64,000 nt of DNA, taken from IMG/VR virus record IMGVR_UViG_3300045988_087374. One strand, written 5' to 3'. The notes under the pieces were generated by a model. The model had not been told where the DNA came from, searched no databases, and saw only the letters and a list, made by a program, of their open reading frames with translations. The position numbers were made by a program, and so were the translations under genes. This document shows, in pieces, positions 1 to 9,715 of this stretch (position 1 is the stretch's first letter; every line of letters starts with the position of its first letter). The stretch comes from a virus.

Positions 1-26
1 ATAGAGCAGATTCTTCAAATCAGAAT

Positions 27-713
27 TTGACAGAAGAAGAAATTTATAAAAAAGACGCTTCAAATACTGATGAATACTGGTTTTCCCCAAAAGAGGAAGT
101 TCCAAATTCCAAAAAAAGGAAAAACCATGGAAATTCCCAAAACGGGAAAAAGGAACTTCCCGAAAAAGGAAACGCTTTAATTAATAAGAACTATAATAGA
201 GATTTAGAAGAGGTTTATGGAAAGAGAGTTAAAGATTCTGATACTACTAAAGTAGTACCAGTAGATTCTCCATGTCCGGGTAAACCGGAAACAAGGAGCA
301 ACCAGTCTCCACTCGGAACGGGAATAAGTGAAATTCTTTTGCGAAAAGGAATAAACCAATATTGGATTGACGCTGGCTATGAAGAATATAAAGATTTGAA
401 AACGAACGTCACTAATGTCATATTATATTTTTTGGAAAAATACAAAAGCAAAATGGGAAAAAGCCATGTCCATATGAAAGAAGAATATATAAAGATTGCA
501 GTAGATGGGATTATTGCAATACCAGACGAAATGATTGAACTAGTAGATGCCTATGGCTTTGAATACATTTACAAATCATGTATTGATATGTATTTTGATA
601 CAGAATTCAGAGAAGATACAAATTATCGTATTTTTCATTTCATATCAGGTGACATCAGAAAAAATATTGCAATGAAACTTTCAGACCAAATAGAGTTGAT
701 AAACGATAAATAA
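27..713 (+). CDS. hypothetical phage protein, possibly 5'-truncated by the window edge
   Basis: 228-codon ORF from TTG. The frame stays open back to nt 3, so the gene may begin upstream of the window. No domain recognised. Confidence 0.5.
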   Translation: MTEEEIYKKDASNTDEYWFSPKEEVPNSKKRKNHGNSQNGKKELPEKGNALINKNYNRDLEEVYGKRVKDSDTTKVVPVDSPCPGKPETRSNQSPLGTGISEILLRKGINQYWIDAGYEEYKDLKTNVTNVILYFLEKYKSKMGKSHVHMKEEYIKIAVDGIIAIPDEMIELVDAYGFEYIYKSCIDMYFDTEFREDTNYRIFHFISGDIRKNIAMKLSDQIELINDK

Positions 714-938
714 AAACAAGTAAGCCCTGTGAAAACAGGTATACTATTATTGATTAATGGAAACAAACCAAAATCCATTTAAAATATCGCAGGTGATAAT
801 TTCCTCACATGACGTATTCAAATTGATTCTGGCAGAAAAACATCAAACAATAGCAATGATTCTAGACAAGCTACGAATGCCACCAGTGTTTCTTCTGACA
901 GACAGTCGTTTTCCATACTGAATCATACATCCCCGCTA

Positions 939-947
939 TGGTACAAT
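939..947 (+). promoter_or_regulatory. candidate extended -10 promoter (TGgTACAAT) ahead of the tail-fibre genes
   Basis: TGnTACAAT string inside a 315-nt ORF-free gap (714-1028) in an otherwise packed structural region. Confidence 0.3.
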
Positions 948-1028
948 AGAGAATCATAAGACGTTTACTATTGTTCAAGAAAGGGGAAAATAAGGGCAGA
1001 CATTTTTTTAAAGGTCGATGGCGTTGCA

Positions 1029-1355
1029 ATGCCTTGTCCATCAGCATATACATGGGGCTTGAATGATATATCCGCCTCAAAGTCCGGGCGTTCCGACGAT
1101 TCGGTGATGCATAAAAACCGAGTCGCACAAAAAAGAAAACTGGCATTGCAGTGGAACGGCAAGGACTGGGCAACCACAGCAAAGATTTTGCAGGCATTCA
1201 ATCCAGAATATATCCAGATAACTTATCCTGATATGATGTCAGGAAAATACGAAACTAGAACATTCTACGTTGGTGACAGAAGTGCCCCTGTAAAGTGGTG
1301 GTGGATAGGAAACCAACGGACGGAATCTATTAGTTTTGACGTGATCGAGAGGTGA
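1029..1355 (+). CDS. small tail-module protein (distal-tail-like family usually found just upstream of tail fibre genes)
   Basis: 108-aa ORF from the first ATG. Coding-looking sequence (ADIFLKVDGVA) continues upstream to nt 960 without a canonical start. Stop TGA overlaps GTG 1352 (GTGA). Confidence 0.65.
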   Translation: MPCPSAYTWGLNDISASKSGRSDDSVMHKNRVAQKRKLALQWNGKDWATTAKILQAFNPEYIQITYPDMMSGKYETRTFYVGDRSAPVKWWWIGNQRTESISFDVIER

Positions 1356-1479
1356 CAAAAGGCGAAATCTATCTAACGCTTGGAAAGAAAAAGTAAATAA
1401 CGGGACGGATATACAGTACCTCAAATATGCCGACATCACTTTAACGGATGGAACCGTACTTAATCTGACCAGTTCAGAT

Positions 1480-4400
1480 TTGTGGGCAAACGGCGTAATG
1501 TTTGAGGATTCTGTATCTGGAGATAACAGTTTCGACATTGGATCCGCGATCATTAATGTACTGACTCTGAGTATCAATAACTTTGACGGTCGGTACTCAG
1601 ACTATGATTTCGACAGGGCAGAAGTAGTTTGCTATATCGGGCTTGCTCTTGATGATGGAACAACCGAAAAAGTCCGTATCTGCACGGCAACAGTTGTAGA
1701 ACAGCCGGAAATCGAAACCGTGACCATAGATCTTACGTGTGAAGATAATATGCGGAAATTCGATCGTGATTATTCTGAGAGCAAATTAATCTATCCGGCT
1801 ACAAGGGCACAGATCATCCGTGATGCGTGCAGTGTATGCGGTGTTACTCTCTTGACTACTTCGTTTGACCGGGATGATTATGTTGTACAGCAACGTCCTG
1901 CTGATGATGCACTGACTTTTCGACAGGTGTTGCAGTGGGTTGCTCAAATCGGCTGTCAGTGGTTGCGATGTGACGAATATGGAAGATTATGTGTGAAATG
2001 GTTCGATACCGGAAAGACAAATCCGCAGGAAATCAATGTCACGTATAATTTCACACCAAAACATACAGATGTCGTTATTACAGGAGTAAAAGTCACAGAG
2101 TACAGTGATTCTTCGGAAGATGTGGCAGGAAGTTATATTTCCGGCACAGAGGGATATGTGTTGGGAATTTCCGATAACAAGTTGATTCGCAAAGGTGATG
2201 GGGAAACGGTTGCATCCATAATTGCTGAAAAATGCGTGGGAATGGTATTTCGTCCGTTTGAATCTCAATGTCCTACGGACGTAGCTTTGGAAGCCGGAGA
2301 CACGATCACAATAGAAGACCGGAACGGAAAACTGTACAACACCTATCTCACAACAACTACATTGCATCCCGGCTCAGGACAGACAATTGCCTGTAATGCC
2401 AAGAGCGCAGCTAAAAATAGCAGCACCCGGTATAGTCAGGCAACACAGACGTATGTGGATGCATGGAACTTGGTAGAAAAAGAAAAAAGTGAAAGAAAAA
2501 AGGCTATTGAGAAATTGCAGGAATCTCTTTCTGTCGGAAGTGGACTCTTTGCGACTTACGTTCAACAGGAAGACGGAAGCACAATCTCATATTTTCACGA
2601 CAAGAGCACTCTGAAAGAATCAAAAAATGTGATCAAAATCACATCTGAGGCAATCGGCGTGTCAAATGATGGTGGTAAAACTTATCCATTTGGCTTCCAG
2701 CTGACCGGAACGATGATAACCAAACTTCTGTACGCCGAGGGAATCAATGCAGATTATATTGATACCGGTGCATTGACAGTAAAAGATAAAGACGGAGATA
2801 TTATCTTCCAGGTCAATATGGACACCAATACAGTATACATGAATCCGGACATTTTGATTATTGGCGACCAGACTCTGACTGAAAAGCTGAAAAGCATGGA
2901 CAACAATATTGCAGAAGCAAAAAACATGACCATGCAGTTGACCAACGACTACCAGAGCATCACTACGGATGCCGATGGAAATATCAGCGGAACATTTCCG
3001 ACTGTGACAACTACGGCTCAGGTTATGTACGGAACGAACGATGTGACCAATGATTGCACCTACACCATTACGAAATCCAATAACGTGACTGGCTCATGGA
3101 ATGATTCCACACATACTTATACCGTGACCGGATTGAGTGCAGATAACGGATGGGTGGACATCAAAGCCACTTATCTACGGGCATTGTCAATCACGAAGCG
3201 GTTTACGGTTGCGAAGTTAAAAGCTGGAAAGAATGGAATCAACGGATTAGATGGACTTCAAGGCGAAAAAGGCGAACAGGGAATTCCGGGCAAAGACGGC
3301 AAGGACGGAATCAATGGAGTAGATGGTAAAACATCATACTTTCACATCAAGTATAGTTCTGTAGCGAGTCCGACATCATCTAGCCAGATGACTGAAACTC
3401 CATCCACTTACATTGGCACTTACGTAGATTACGAACCGAATGACAGTACAGACCCAAAGAAATACACATGGTCAAAATTTGAGGGAACAGATGGCAAAGA
3501 TGGCATTGCCGGAACGAACGGAACAGATGGAAAGACATATTATCTGCACATTGCCTATGCGAACAGTGCTGATGGCAGGACTGGTTTTTCCGTTTCTGAT
3601 GGAACTAATAAGATATATATTGGTCAGTATACCGATACCACTAAAGCGGACTCTACTGACCCTACGAAATATACGTGGAGTAAGATCAAGGGTGAACCGG
3701 GAGTTGATGGCAAACCGGGAACTGATGGAAAGCCCGGTGCAGACGGTAAGCCGGGTAGAACCTACATTATTGAGCCGTCCTGTACGGTTCTAAAACGCGG
3801 AGCAGATAAGGTTATCAGCCCGAACTTCTTGGAGTTCAACGCGTATTACCGCGATGGCGACTCAGCTACCAGATATGCATATAGTGGTAGATTTGTAATT
3901 GAGGAAACCGCCGATGGAAACACATGGAAAACTATTTATACATCATCCGCGAACGAAAGCTCAGTCAAGCATTATCTGTATACTGTTTTGACAGATGGAA
4001 ATGGTCAAACCATAACAGGCGGCAACGGTACTACAGTTGGAATTCCACGCGATATAACCAACATCCGGTGCAAACTGTACGCGGCTGGCGGCACAACAGA
4101 TATGCTTGATATGCAGAGTGTTGCGGTAGTTATTGATGTTGATAATCTAACGCAGACGGACATCGTAAATATCCTTTCCAACAACGGAGCATGGAAAGGG
4201 TTGTACTACAAGAATGGTCAACTGTATATCAGTTTTAGTGCGGCGTTAGGCGGCGAACTGGCATTGGGCGGAGCGAATAATGGAAATGGTATCCTTGCGG
4301 TTTACAATGAGTCAGGTAATATATCATACAAATTAACTAGCAATGGAAATGTGTTCTATAACGAAACGGGGCAATGTACCGCCGCATTAGTAGATGGAAA

Positions 4401-5136
4401 GATGCTTTTTCCGGACACTCCTTTTACAGTTACGACAGGTCAGTGGTCTAGTACGCAAAAAGGTTTTATCTATGGCTCAAAAGGTCTGAACCGGTTCAGC
4501 GGCCGCGTATACGGAAATGCAGACGGTACAGTTAAATTTGATTATACCACAGAATCTTTTGACGGATATTACGAACCTATATTTCTTGAAGATGATGAAA
4601 TAAACGGCTTTTTTGATGTATTAAAAGCAACGAACTATTTAATAGCTAAAGAATTGATGGGATTACCGGATAGTGATGGAATAGTTAGGGTAAAAGTCAC
4701 AAGTGCTATGGACATTTCAAAAACACTCAGATTATACAATCTAACACACGTATCATCCGGTGGACATCTGGTTCTTTCACAAGACGGAGCAACAGTAGCT
4801 TATCTTTCCTCATCTTCCAAACGGTACAAAGATGTCCAGAAGAACCTTGAATGTATGGAACAATGGTATGATATAGAACCTGTTTGGGCGAAATACAAAG
4901 ACGGTTATCTCGCGGACGATGATATTTTTAACGGAAAAAATATGCCAATGTTTCTAGCAGAAGATGTGGAAAAACATATGCCGGAGGCGGCGGTATACAA
5001 AAACGGCAAAATTGAGGACTGGAATTATCGTGTGATGATTCCGGCAATGTTTGCAATGTTGAAACAGCAGAAATCAGAGATAGATTCTCTCAAACAAGAA
5101 CTGGGCGAAATTAAACAGCTTTTGAGAAAGGAGTGA
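1480..5136 (+). CDS. tail fibre / tail-associated protein with collagen-like segments and C-terminal peptidase-S74 intramolecular chaperone domain
   Basis: 1218-aa ORF from TTG. It has three Gly-X-Y runs and two ~52-aa tandem modules ending TWSK(F/I)(E/K)G. The C-terminal SSSSKRYKD motif plus coiled coil is typical of autoproteolytic S74 domains. The true start is probably GTG 1352 (see findings). Confidence 0.9.
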   Translation: MWANGVMFEDSVSGDNSFDIGSAIINVLTLSINNFDGRYSDYDFDRAEVVCYIGLALDDGTTEKVRICTATVVEQPEIETVTIDLTCEDNMRKFDRDYSESKLIYPATRAQIIRDACSVCGVTLLTTSFDRDDYVVQQRPADDALTFRQVLQWVAQIGCQWLRCDEYGRLCVKWFDTGKTNPQEINVTYNFTPKHTDVVITGVKVTEYSDSSEDVAGSYISGTEGYVLGISDNKLIRKGDGETVASIIAEKCVGMVFRPFESQCPTDVALEAGDTITIEDRNGKLYNTYLTTTTLHPGSGQTIACNAKSAAKNSSTRYSQATQTYVDAWNLVEKEKSERKKAIEKLQESLSVGSGLFATYVQQEDGSTISYFHDKSTLKESKNVIKITSEAIGVSNDGGKTYPFGFQLTGTMITKLLYAEGINADYIDTGALTVKDKDGDIIFQVNMDTNTVYMNPDILIIGDQTLTEKLKSMDNNIAEAKNMTMQLTNDYQSITTDADGNISGTFPTVTTTAQVMYGTNDVTNDCTYTITKSNNVTGSWNDSTHTYTVTGLSADNGWVDIKATYLRALSITKRFTVAKLKAGKNGINGLDGLQGEKGEQGIPGKDGKDGINGVDGKTSYFHIKYSSVASPTSSSQMTETPSTYIGTYVDYEPNDSTDPKKYTWSKFEGTDGKDGIAGTNGTDGKTYYLHIAYANSADGRTGFSVSDGTNKIYIGQYTDTTKADSTDPTKYTWSKIKGEPGVDGKPGTDGKPGADGKPGRTYIIEPSCTVLKRGADKVISPNFLEFNAYYRDGDSATRYAYSGRFVIEETADGNTWKTIYTSSANESSVKHYLYTVLTDGNGQTITGGNGTTVGIPRDITNIRCKLYAAGGTTDMLDMQSVAVVIDVDNLTQTDIVNILSNNGAWKGLYYKNGQLYISFSAALGGELALGGANNGNGILAVYNESGNISYKLTSNGNVFYNETGQCTAALVDGKMLFPDTPFTVTTGQWSSTQKGFIYGSKGLNRFSGRVYGNADGTVKFDYTTESFDGYYEPIFLEDDEINGFFDVLKATNYLIAKELMGLPDSDGIVRVKVTSAMDISKTLRLYNLTHVSSGGHLVLSQDGATVAYLSSSSKRYKDVQKNLECMEQWYDIEPVWAKYKDGYLADDDIFNGKNMPMFLAEDVEKHMPEAAVYKNGKIEDWNYRVMIPAMFAMLKQQKSEIDSLKQELGEIKQLLRKE
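3226..3759 (+). repeat. in-frame collagen-like (Gly-X-Y)n runs alternating with two tandem ~52-aa modules
   Basis: GKNGINGLDGLQGEKGEQGIPGKDGKDGINGVDGK (3226-3330), GTDGKDGIAGTNGTDGK (3484-3534), GEPGVDGKPGTDGKPGADGKPGR (3691-3759). The intervening modules are YFHIKYSS...YTWSKFEG and YYLHIAYAN...YTWSKIKG. Confidence 0.9.
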
Positions 5137-5140
5137 TACC

Positions 5141-5566
5141 ATGGCTTCATTAAAAACAGATGTGCTGAGTGCTTTGCCGGCAACCACATCTTTGCAGGAT
5201 ACGGACTTGATTCCGGTCGGAACCGGTGCCGGAGCCACGCTAAAAAAAATGACGGGCACGAACTTGAGAAAAGCATTGCTCGGTTTTTCCGGAGCTGGAT
5301 ATGTGCTTCTCGAGGCAACTACGGTCAATGTAACTGCACCGTCGACAGCGGCAGGAAAATCCACCAGTGCAGTTACAGCGACGTTCACCAAAAACGCGAA
5401 TGCAGACCTGCTAGTTCCAATTCAGAGAACGTCCGGTTGGCTGACCTGTACAGGAATATCCGTGTCGGGAAACACGCTGACTACTTATTTCCTCAACACG
5501 ACAACAGGAACGCATTCCGGAGCGGCTACATTTTTGATATTACAGTTTAAAAAAATTACAGTATAA
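5141..5566 (+). CDS. hypothetical tail-fibre-associated protein
   Basis: 141-aa Thr/Ala-rich ORF starting 5 nt after the fibre gene stop. No TM segment, so it is not a holin. Confidence 0.7.
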   Translation: MASLKTDVLSALPATTSLQDTDLIPVGTGAGATLKKMTGTNLRKALLGFSGAGYVLLEATTVNVTAPSTAAGKSTSAVTATFTKNANADLLVPIQRTSGWLTCTGISVSGNTLTTYFLNTTTGTHSGAATFLILQFKKITV

Positions 5567-5578
5567 GGAGGCAAAAGC

Positions 5579-7213
5579 ATGGAAATCAAAGCAATTGATG
5601 TATCGTCAGATCAAGGCAAACCAGACTGGGAAAAAGTCGCAAAATCCGGCATAAAAGCAGCAATCCTCAGAGTCCATCAGAGATATGGCGTGGATTCTTC
5701 GTTTGAGCATAACTACAAAGGATGTAAACAGAACGGTATTCTGGCAGGGGCATACAAATACAGTTATGCCTTAACACCGGCACAAGCTGTTGAAGAAGCT
5801 GAGAACGTGATTGAAGTACTGAACGGACGCGGACTGGACTTTCCAGTATTCTACGATCTCGAATGGAAACAGCAGAGAAGCCTTGGGAAACAGGCAATCG
5901 AGAATATTGCGGTTTCATTCTTGACCAGAATGAAAAAAGCCGGTTATAAAGTTGGTATTTATTGCAATATGGACTGGTATAATAATTACCTGTCCGAAAA
6001 CCTCAAGAAATATGACCTCTGGCTTGCAAGATATGCGAATAATGACGATGGAACTATTCCGGATCGACTCAGACCGTCCGTTGGTATCGGCTGGCAGTAT
6101 TCAGAGAGTGGAAAAGTAGAAGGAATCAGTGCGAATGACGTTGATATGGACGTATTCTATACGGATTATCGGACGGAAAAGAAAGAAGAGGGAACAGTGA
6201 GTAAAACAAAATTACAGAAATTTACAGAACTCGGAGATTATTACGCCTCAAATGGTGGATATCTTGAAAAGAAAAGCAATGCTTATCTGGACGATTTTAA
6301 GAAGAATGCCGGATATAACAACTACACCAAATTTGCCCGTGATGTAAATTCTTGGGGGCAGCCGGGTTGTCAGGCTCAGCCGTGGTGTGCAGAGTATCAG
6401 TTCTGGAAACTGGTAAAAATCCTTGGAATCACCAGAGCATTAAAGATTATGGGCGGTGGTTTTTACAATTGCGTATCAATCACAAATCACGCTAAAGCAA
6501 ATGGAACATGGCATAAAGCACCAAAAGTAGGTGCGTTGATTATATTCCGTAACGGTTCCCATGTTGGCTCTGTTCGTAGGTTCAATGGCAGCATCGTTTA
6601 TACCAATGAAGGAAATACTTCCAGTGCTGCGGGGGTAGTCGCAAATGGTGGAGCTGTTCGCAATAAATCCTACGCTATCAACGATTCTGCAATTGATGGG
6701 TATGTTTGGATTGACTGGGGCGAAGAAAAAGCGTCTACAGCCGCTTGGAAAGCAACCGGAACGGCTACATCTACGGTGGACGACCTTTATATCCGTGAAA
6801 CACCGAATGGATATGTTCTTGGCGAGATTAACAAAAGCAACCGTGTTGAAATCAATGGTGAGAAGTCTGGAATGTGGACAAAAGTAAAAGTCGCAGGCAT
6901 TGGCATTGGTTGGGCTGCGACAAAATATCTTAAGATTGACGGAGTAGAGAATACAGCCACAACGATTTCTAAAAAGCAAGACAAGAATCAGAGGTTGTAC
7001 ACTGGACAGGTTACAGCTTCCAGCCTGAACGTCCGCACATGGGCTGGAACGGAATATCCGAACATCAAAAAATATCCGACATTGAACAAAGGAAACAAGG
7101 TTGACGTAATGAACTTCACTCAGAAAGCAAGTGATGGTAGTTCTTGGTATTACATCCGTATTGCCGGAAAATATTTCGGATTCGTTTACGCAAAACACAT
7201 TGGCAAAGTGTGA
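5579..7213 (+). CDS. modular endolysin: GH25 muramidase + CHAP-like peptidase + two SH3 cell-wall-binding repeats
   Basis: N-terminal IDVSSDQGKPDW...DLEW is GH25-like. The central PWCAEYQFW...GSHVGSV...NEGN is a Cys/His CHAP-like signature. Two C-terminal SH3-like repeats are present (LYIRETPNG..., LNVRTWAGTEYP...). SD AAGGAGG lies upstream. Confidence 0.9.
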   Translation: MEIKAIDVSSDQGKPDWEKVAKSGIKAAILRVHQRYGVDSSFEHNYKGCKQNGILAGAYKYSYALTPAQAVEEAENVIEVLNGRGLDFPVFYDLEWKQQRSLGKQAIENIAVSFLTRMKKAGYKVGIYCNMDWYNNYLSENLKKYDLWLARYANNDDGTIPDRLRPSVGIGWQYSESGKVEGISANDVDMDVFYTDYRTEKKEEGTVSKTKLQKFTELGDYYASNGGYLEKKSNAYLDDFKKNAGYNNYTKFARDVNSWGQPGCQAQPWCAEYQFWKLVKILGITRALKIMGGGFYNCVSITNHAKANGTWHKAPKVGALIIFRNGSHVGSVRRFNGSIVYTNEGNTSSAAGVVANGGAVRNKSYAINDSAIDGYVWIDWGEEKASTAAWKATGTATSTVDDLYIRETPNGYVLGEINKSNRVEINGEKSGMWTKVKVAGIGIGWAATKYLKIDGVENTATTISKKQDKNQRLYTGQVTASSLNVRTWAGTEYPNIKKYPTLNKGNKVDVMNFTQKASDGSSWYYIRIAGKYFGFVYAKHIGKV

Positions 7214-7274
7214 TAAATGTGATATAATAAGTATACCATAATTCAACTCCTCCCCAGAGTTTGAGCATGGACTC

Positions 7275-7325
7275 AAAAAAAAGAGATGGTCTGTTTCTTT
7301 CCTTGGCAGATCATCTCTTTTTATT
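7275..7325. terminator. bidirectional rho-independent terminator between the lysin and the convergent LytTR gene
   Basis: AAAAAAAAGAGATGG...GATCATCTCTTTTT: a stem flanked by an A-run and a T-run. Confidence 0.6.
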
Positions 7326-8022
7326 ACTTGTTTATATATTCCCAATATTGATTTTTAATATCCGCATATCCGTTCTTCCGAATCAGTACTTTATCTCCGG
7401 AAAACATCGTAAAATCAGAATCCAGCTTTTGCACATAATCCATGTTTACAACAAAGGACTTGTGGCAACGCAAAAAACGTTTATCGAGGTAAGGCTCAAC
7501 TGACTTTAAAGTTGCATACATATTGTGTATAATCCCGTTCGTGCAATGTACAAAAACCTGCTTATCCCGTGCCTCGAGGTACTCGATTTTATTCAATGGA
7601 ATTCTTATGATGCAATCTCTGTGCCTGATCGTGAGCATCTTGTGTTTCATATCACTCAGGGTATTGTCAATCACAGAAAACAGTCTTCCGTGCTCGTTTC
7701 CCTTGATGATATAATGCGTAAATTCAACATCCAACGCATCAAAAACGAAATCCTTGTGAGCTGTCCAAAAAGCAATTTCGCCCTTATATCCACACTCCCG
7801 GAGTTCTTTGGCAATATCCACGCCATTTTCGTTTTTAAGTACCACATCCAAAACAATCATATCAAACCATTTTCCGTCCTTGACATCATCTATCAAGGGT
7901 TCCCCGCTGAAATAACCGTCTATCGTATAGTTCCGGTCACCGTTTTGCTTTAAAAACGGTTCGATTCGATGTTTGAAATACTCAACCTGTAGTTCACAAT
8001 CGTCACAAATAGCGATTTTCAT
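7324..8022 (-). CDS. orphan response regulator, receiver + LytTR DNA-binding domain
   Basis: MKIAICDD...DMIVLDV receiver, and a C-terminal LytTR-like IRIPLNKIEYLEA...FLRCHKSFVVN. ATG 8022 has GGAAGGTG 6 nt upstream (the track start 8031 is a GTG). No histidine kinase is nearby. Confidence 0.85.
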   Translation of the reverse strand: MKIAICDDCELQVEYFKHRIEPFLKQNGDRNYTIDGYFSGEPLIDDVKDGKWFDMIVLDVVLKNENGVDIAKELRECGYKGEIAFWTAHKDFVFDALDVEFTHYIIKGNEHGRLFSVIDNTLSDMKHKMLTIRHRDCIIRIPLNKIEYLEARDKQVFVHCTNGIIHNMYATLKSVEPYLDKRFLRCHKSFVVNMDYVQKLDSDFTMFSGDKVLIRKNGYADIKNQYWEYINK

Positions 8023-8230
8023 AGTAATCACCTTCCGTTTATCGCTTGCACTTCAACTTTCATCAGATTATCCTCATCTAAGTAATTAATTATGGTAATA
8101 TAGTAGCACTGAAACGGAAATGTGTAAATAGTTCAGCGGAAGTTTAAAAACATTCGACATCTTAATACGTTGGTACAGCCTGCCAGATTGCTCTGGGGAG
8201 GAAACGTGATCGTAAATGCAGGCTTTGCCA

Positions 8231-8262
8231 TAAAAAGAGCCGGGGAGTAAAATCCTCGGCTC
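8231..8262 (-). terminator. rho-independent terminator after the Zn-ribbon/DUF4352 gene
   Basis: Minus strand GAGCCGAGG...CCCCGGCTC followed by TTTTTAT. Confidence 0.6.
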
Positions 8263-8267
8263 GTTGC

Positions 8268-9530
8268 TTACTGCAATTTAATTAATACTTTTTCATCAGT
8301 CCAGACGTTGGCAGTATACTCCAATTCTACAGACTGAGAATCAATTGGTATACTGTAATATGTAGAAAAAGAAACACTTCTTCCAGAGGAAAGATTAGTA
8401 TTTATGAAACCTCTGTTATCCAAACCATATGTTTGTTCACAAGTTTGATTATCAGCATAGCACTTAAAGTCATAGATACTTGCGTACTTGTCTGTGTTTC
8501 CAACATTATTGTATGTAAAAGATACCTTTGCATACTTCATTCCATCGGCAGGCGTATAAAGCCCGTATTCGTCTTCGTAATCCTGAAAATCAGTGTCTGC
8601 ATCATCTACAGTGATTTGCAACCCGTTAACTTCAAATGTAGATCCGACAGTTACATAATCAGGTGCAGATTCTTCAACTGGCTCAGGAGTAGGCATATCA
8701 GAAGAATTATTGATTTCTTCTGATACTTCATTTGCAATATCCTGTATTTCTTGCTCGTATGCATTTTGTTCCGTCGGAGAAGGAGTGCTTGCACTGTCTG
8801 AATTAAGCCCTCCATTACTCAAAACAAATACTGCCAATACGGGGAAAATGATTGACAATGCAATTCTTGTACCTTTTTTGAAGTGTTTGTATTTCCACAT
8901 AGTGAACAAACCGATGGGCCAGAATATCAAAATCATAAATACTGTAAATCCGGTAGATGCAAACACAGAATTCTTCTTTTCTTCTTCTTGAAATTGCTGA
9001 TACGAGAATGAACTAGACTGATTGCTAGTATTATTTTGGACTTTTTGGATATTTACATTGGTTTCACCAGATTTGAATTTGTCAGCATGGTTTCTAGCAT
9101 ATTCATTCACAAGATACCAATCGGAAACAAAATCTTTTTTAAAATACTTGTCTGCTATGTTTACTAAAAAATCTTTAGTTATTTCATATTTTTCAGAGTT
9201 AGCATTTACACATATTTTAAAGGAATCCTTGTAGTTTGGGGTAGAAAATGCAATTTTAAGTTGGTTGCGACCAAAATCATCTGGCTCTTCTTTTGAATAA
9301 TTCAAAACAAAATCATCAACAGGAGATTCCATAATTTGATTGTGATTATAGAAAACTTTGATTGTTTCTGACGTTGCTTGAATATACATAGAATCGTTTA
9401 TCTCTACAGTATATTCTTTTGGTTTTTCTTTTTCGGGCTGTCCTTTGATTAATGGAAAACCACAGTTTGGACAACTGGCAGCCTTGTCACTTATTTCTTT
9501 CCCACATTCAGGACATTTAATTATAGCCAT
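8268..9530 (-). CDS. membrane protein with N-terminal zinc ribbon and C-terminal DUF4352-like Ig-fold domain
   Basis: MAIIKCPECGKEISDKAASCPNCG zinc ribbon, a central two-TM stretch (FTVFMILIFWPIGLF..., ALSIIFPVLAVFVL), and a C-terminal GSTFEVNGLQITVDD...YAKVSFTYNNVGN. The start is moved to ATG 9530 (AGGAGGA SD); the upstream track codons cover a TATAAT. Confidence 0.8.
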   Translation of the reverse strand: MAIIKCPECGKEISDKAASCPNCGFPLIKGQPEKEKPKEYTVEINDSMYIQATSETIKVFYNHNQIMESPVDDFVLNYSKEEPDDFGRNQLKIAFSTPNYKDSFKICVNANSEKYEITKDFLVNIADKYFKKDFVSDWYLVNEYARNHADKFKSGETNVNIQKVQNNTSNQSSSFSYQQFQEEEKKNSVFASTGFTVFMILIFWPIGLFTMWKYKHFKKGTRIALSIIFPVLAVFVLSNGGLNSDSASTPSPTEQNAYEQEIQDIANEVSEEINNSSDMPTPEPVEESAPDYVTVGSTFEVNGLQITVDDADTDFQDYEDEYGLYTPADGMKYAKVSFTYNNVGNTDKYASIYDFKCYADNQTCEQTYGLDNRGFINTNLSSGRSVSFSTYYSIPIDSQSVELEYTANVWTDEKVLIKLQ

Positions 9531-9715
9531 ATCTTTTCCTCCTTGGTAAAATTTGCATATATTATACCGCAAGATTCAACAATATCATAGTCAAAACCGA
9601 AATATTTTTCATATTTTTATCCATCAAAAATGCAGTTTTATCGTTTTGCCCGATTAATTTGCACAAAAAGTGGTATAACTAAGTACATAAATTATAGACT
9701 AAAGAGGTATATATT

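Noticed and set aside
757-921. 54-codon ORF in the 315-nt gap upstream of the tail genes, and a GGGAAAA slippery heptamer at 984-990
   Set aside because: The ORF has no SD. The frame feeding the heptamer has no start codon after the TGA at 919, so a lambda G/GT-type frameshift cannot be supported.
6476-7345. 289-aa minus-strand ORF antisense to the endolysin
   Set aside because: It lies entirely inside a well-supported lysin gene and has no domain signature, so it is a typical shadow ORF. The same reasoning applies to 60723-61634 (antisense to the capsid gene), 38873-39688 (antisense to DUF4417), 36802-37392, 18295-18783 and 19953-20369.
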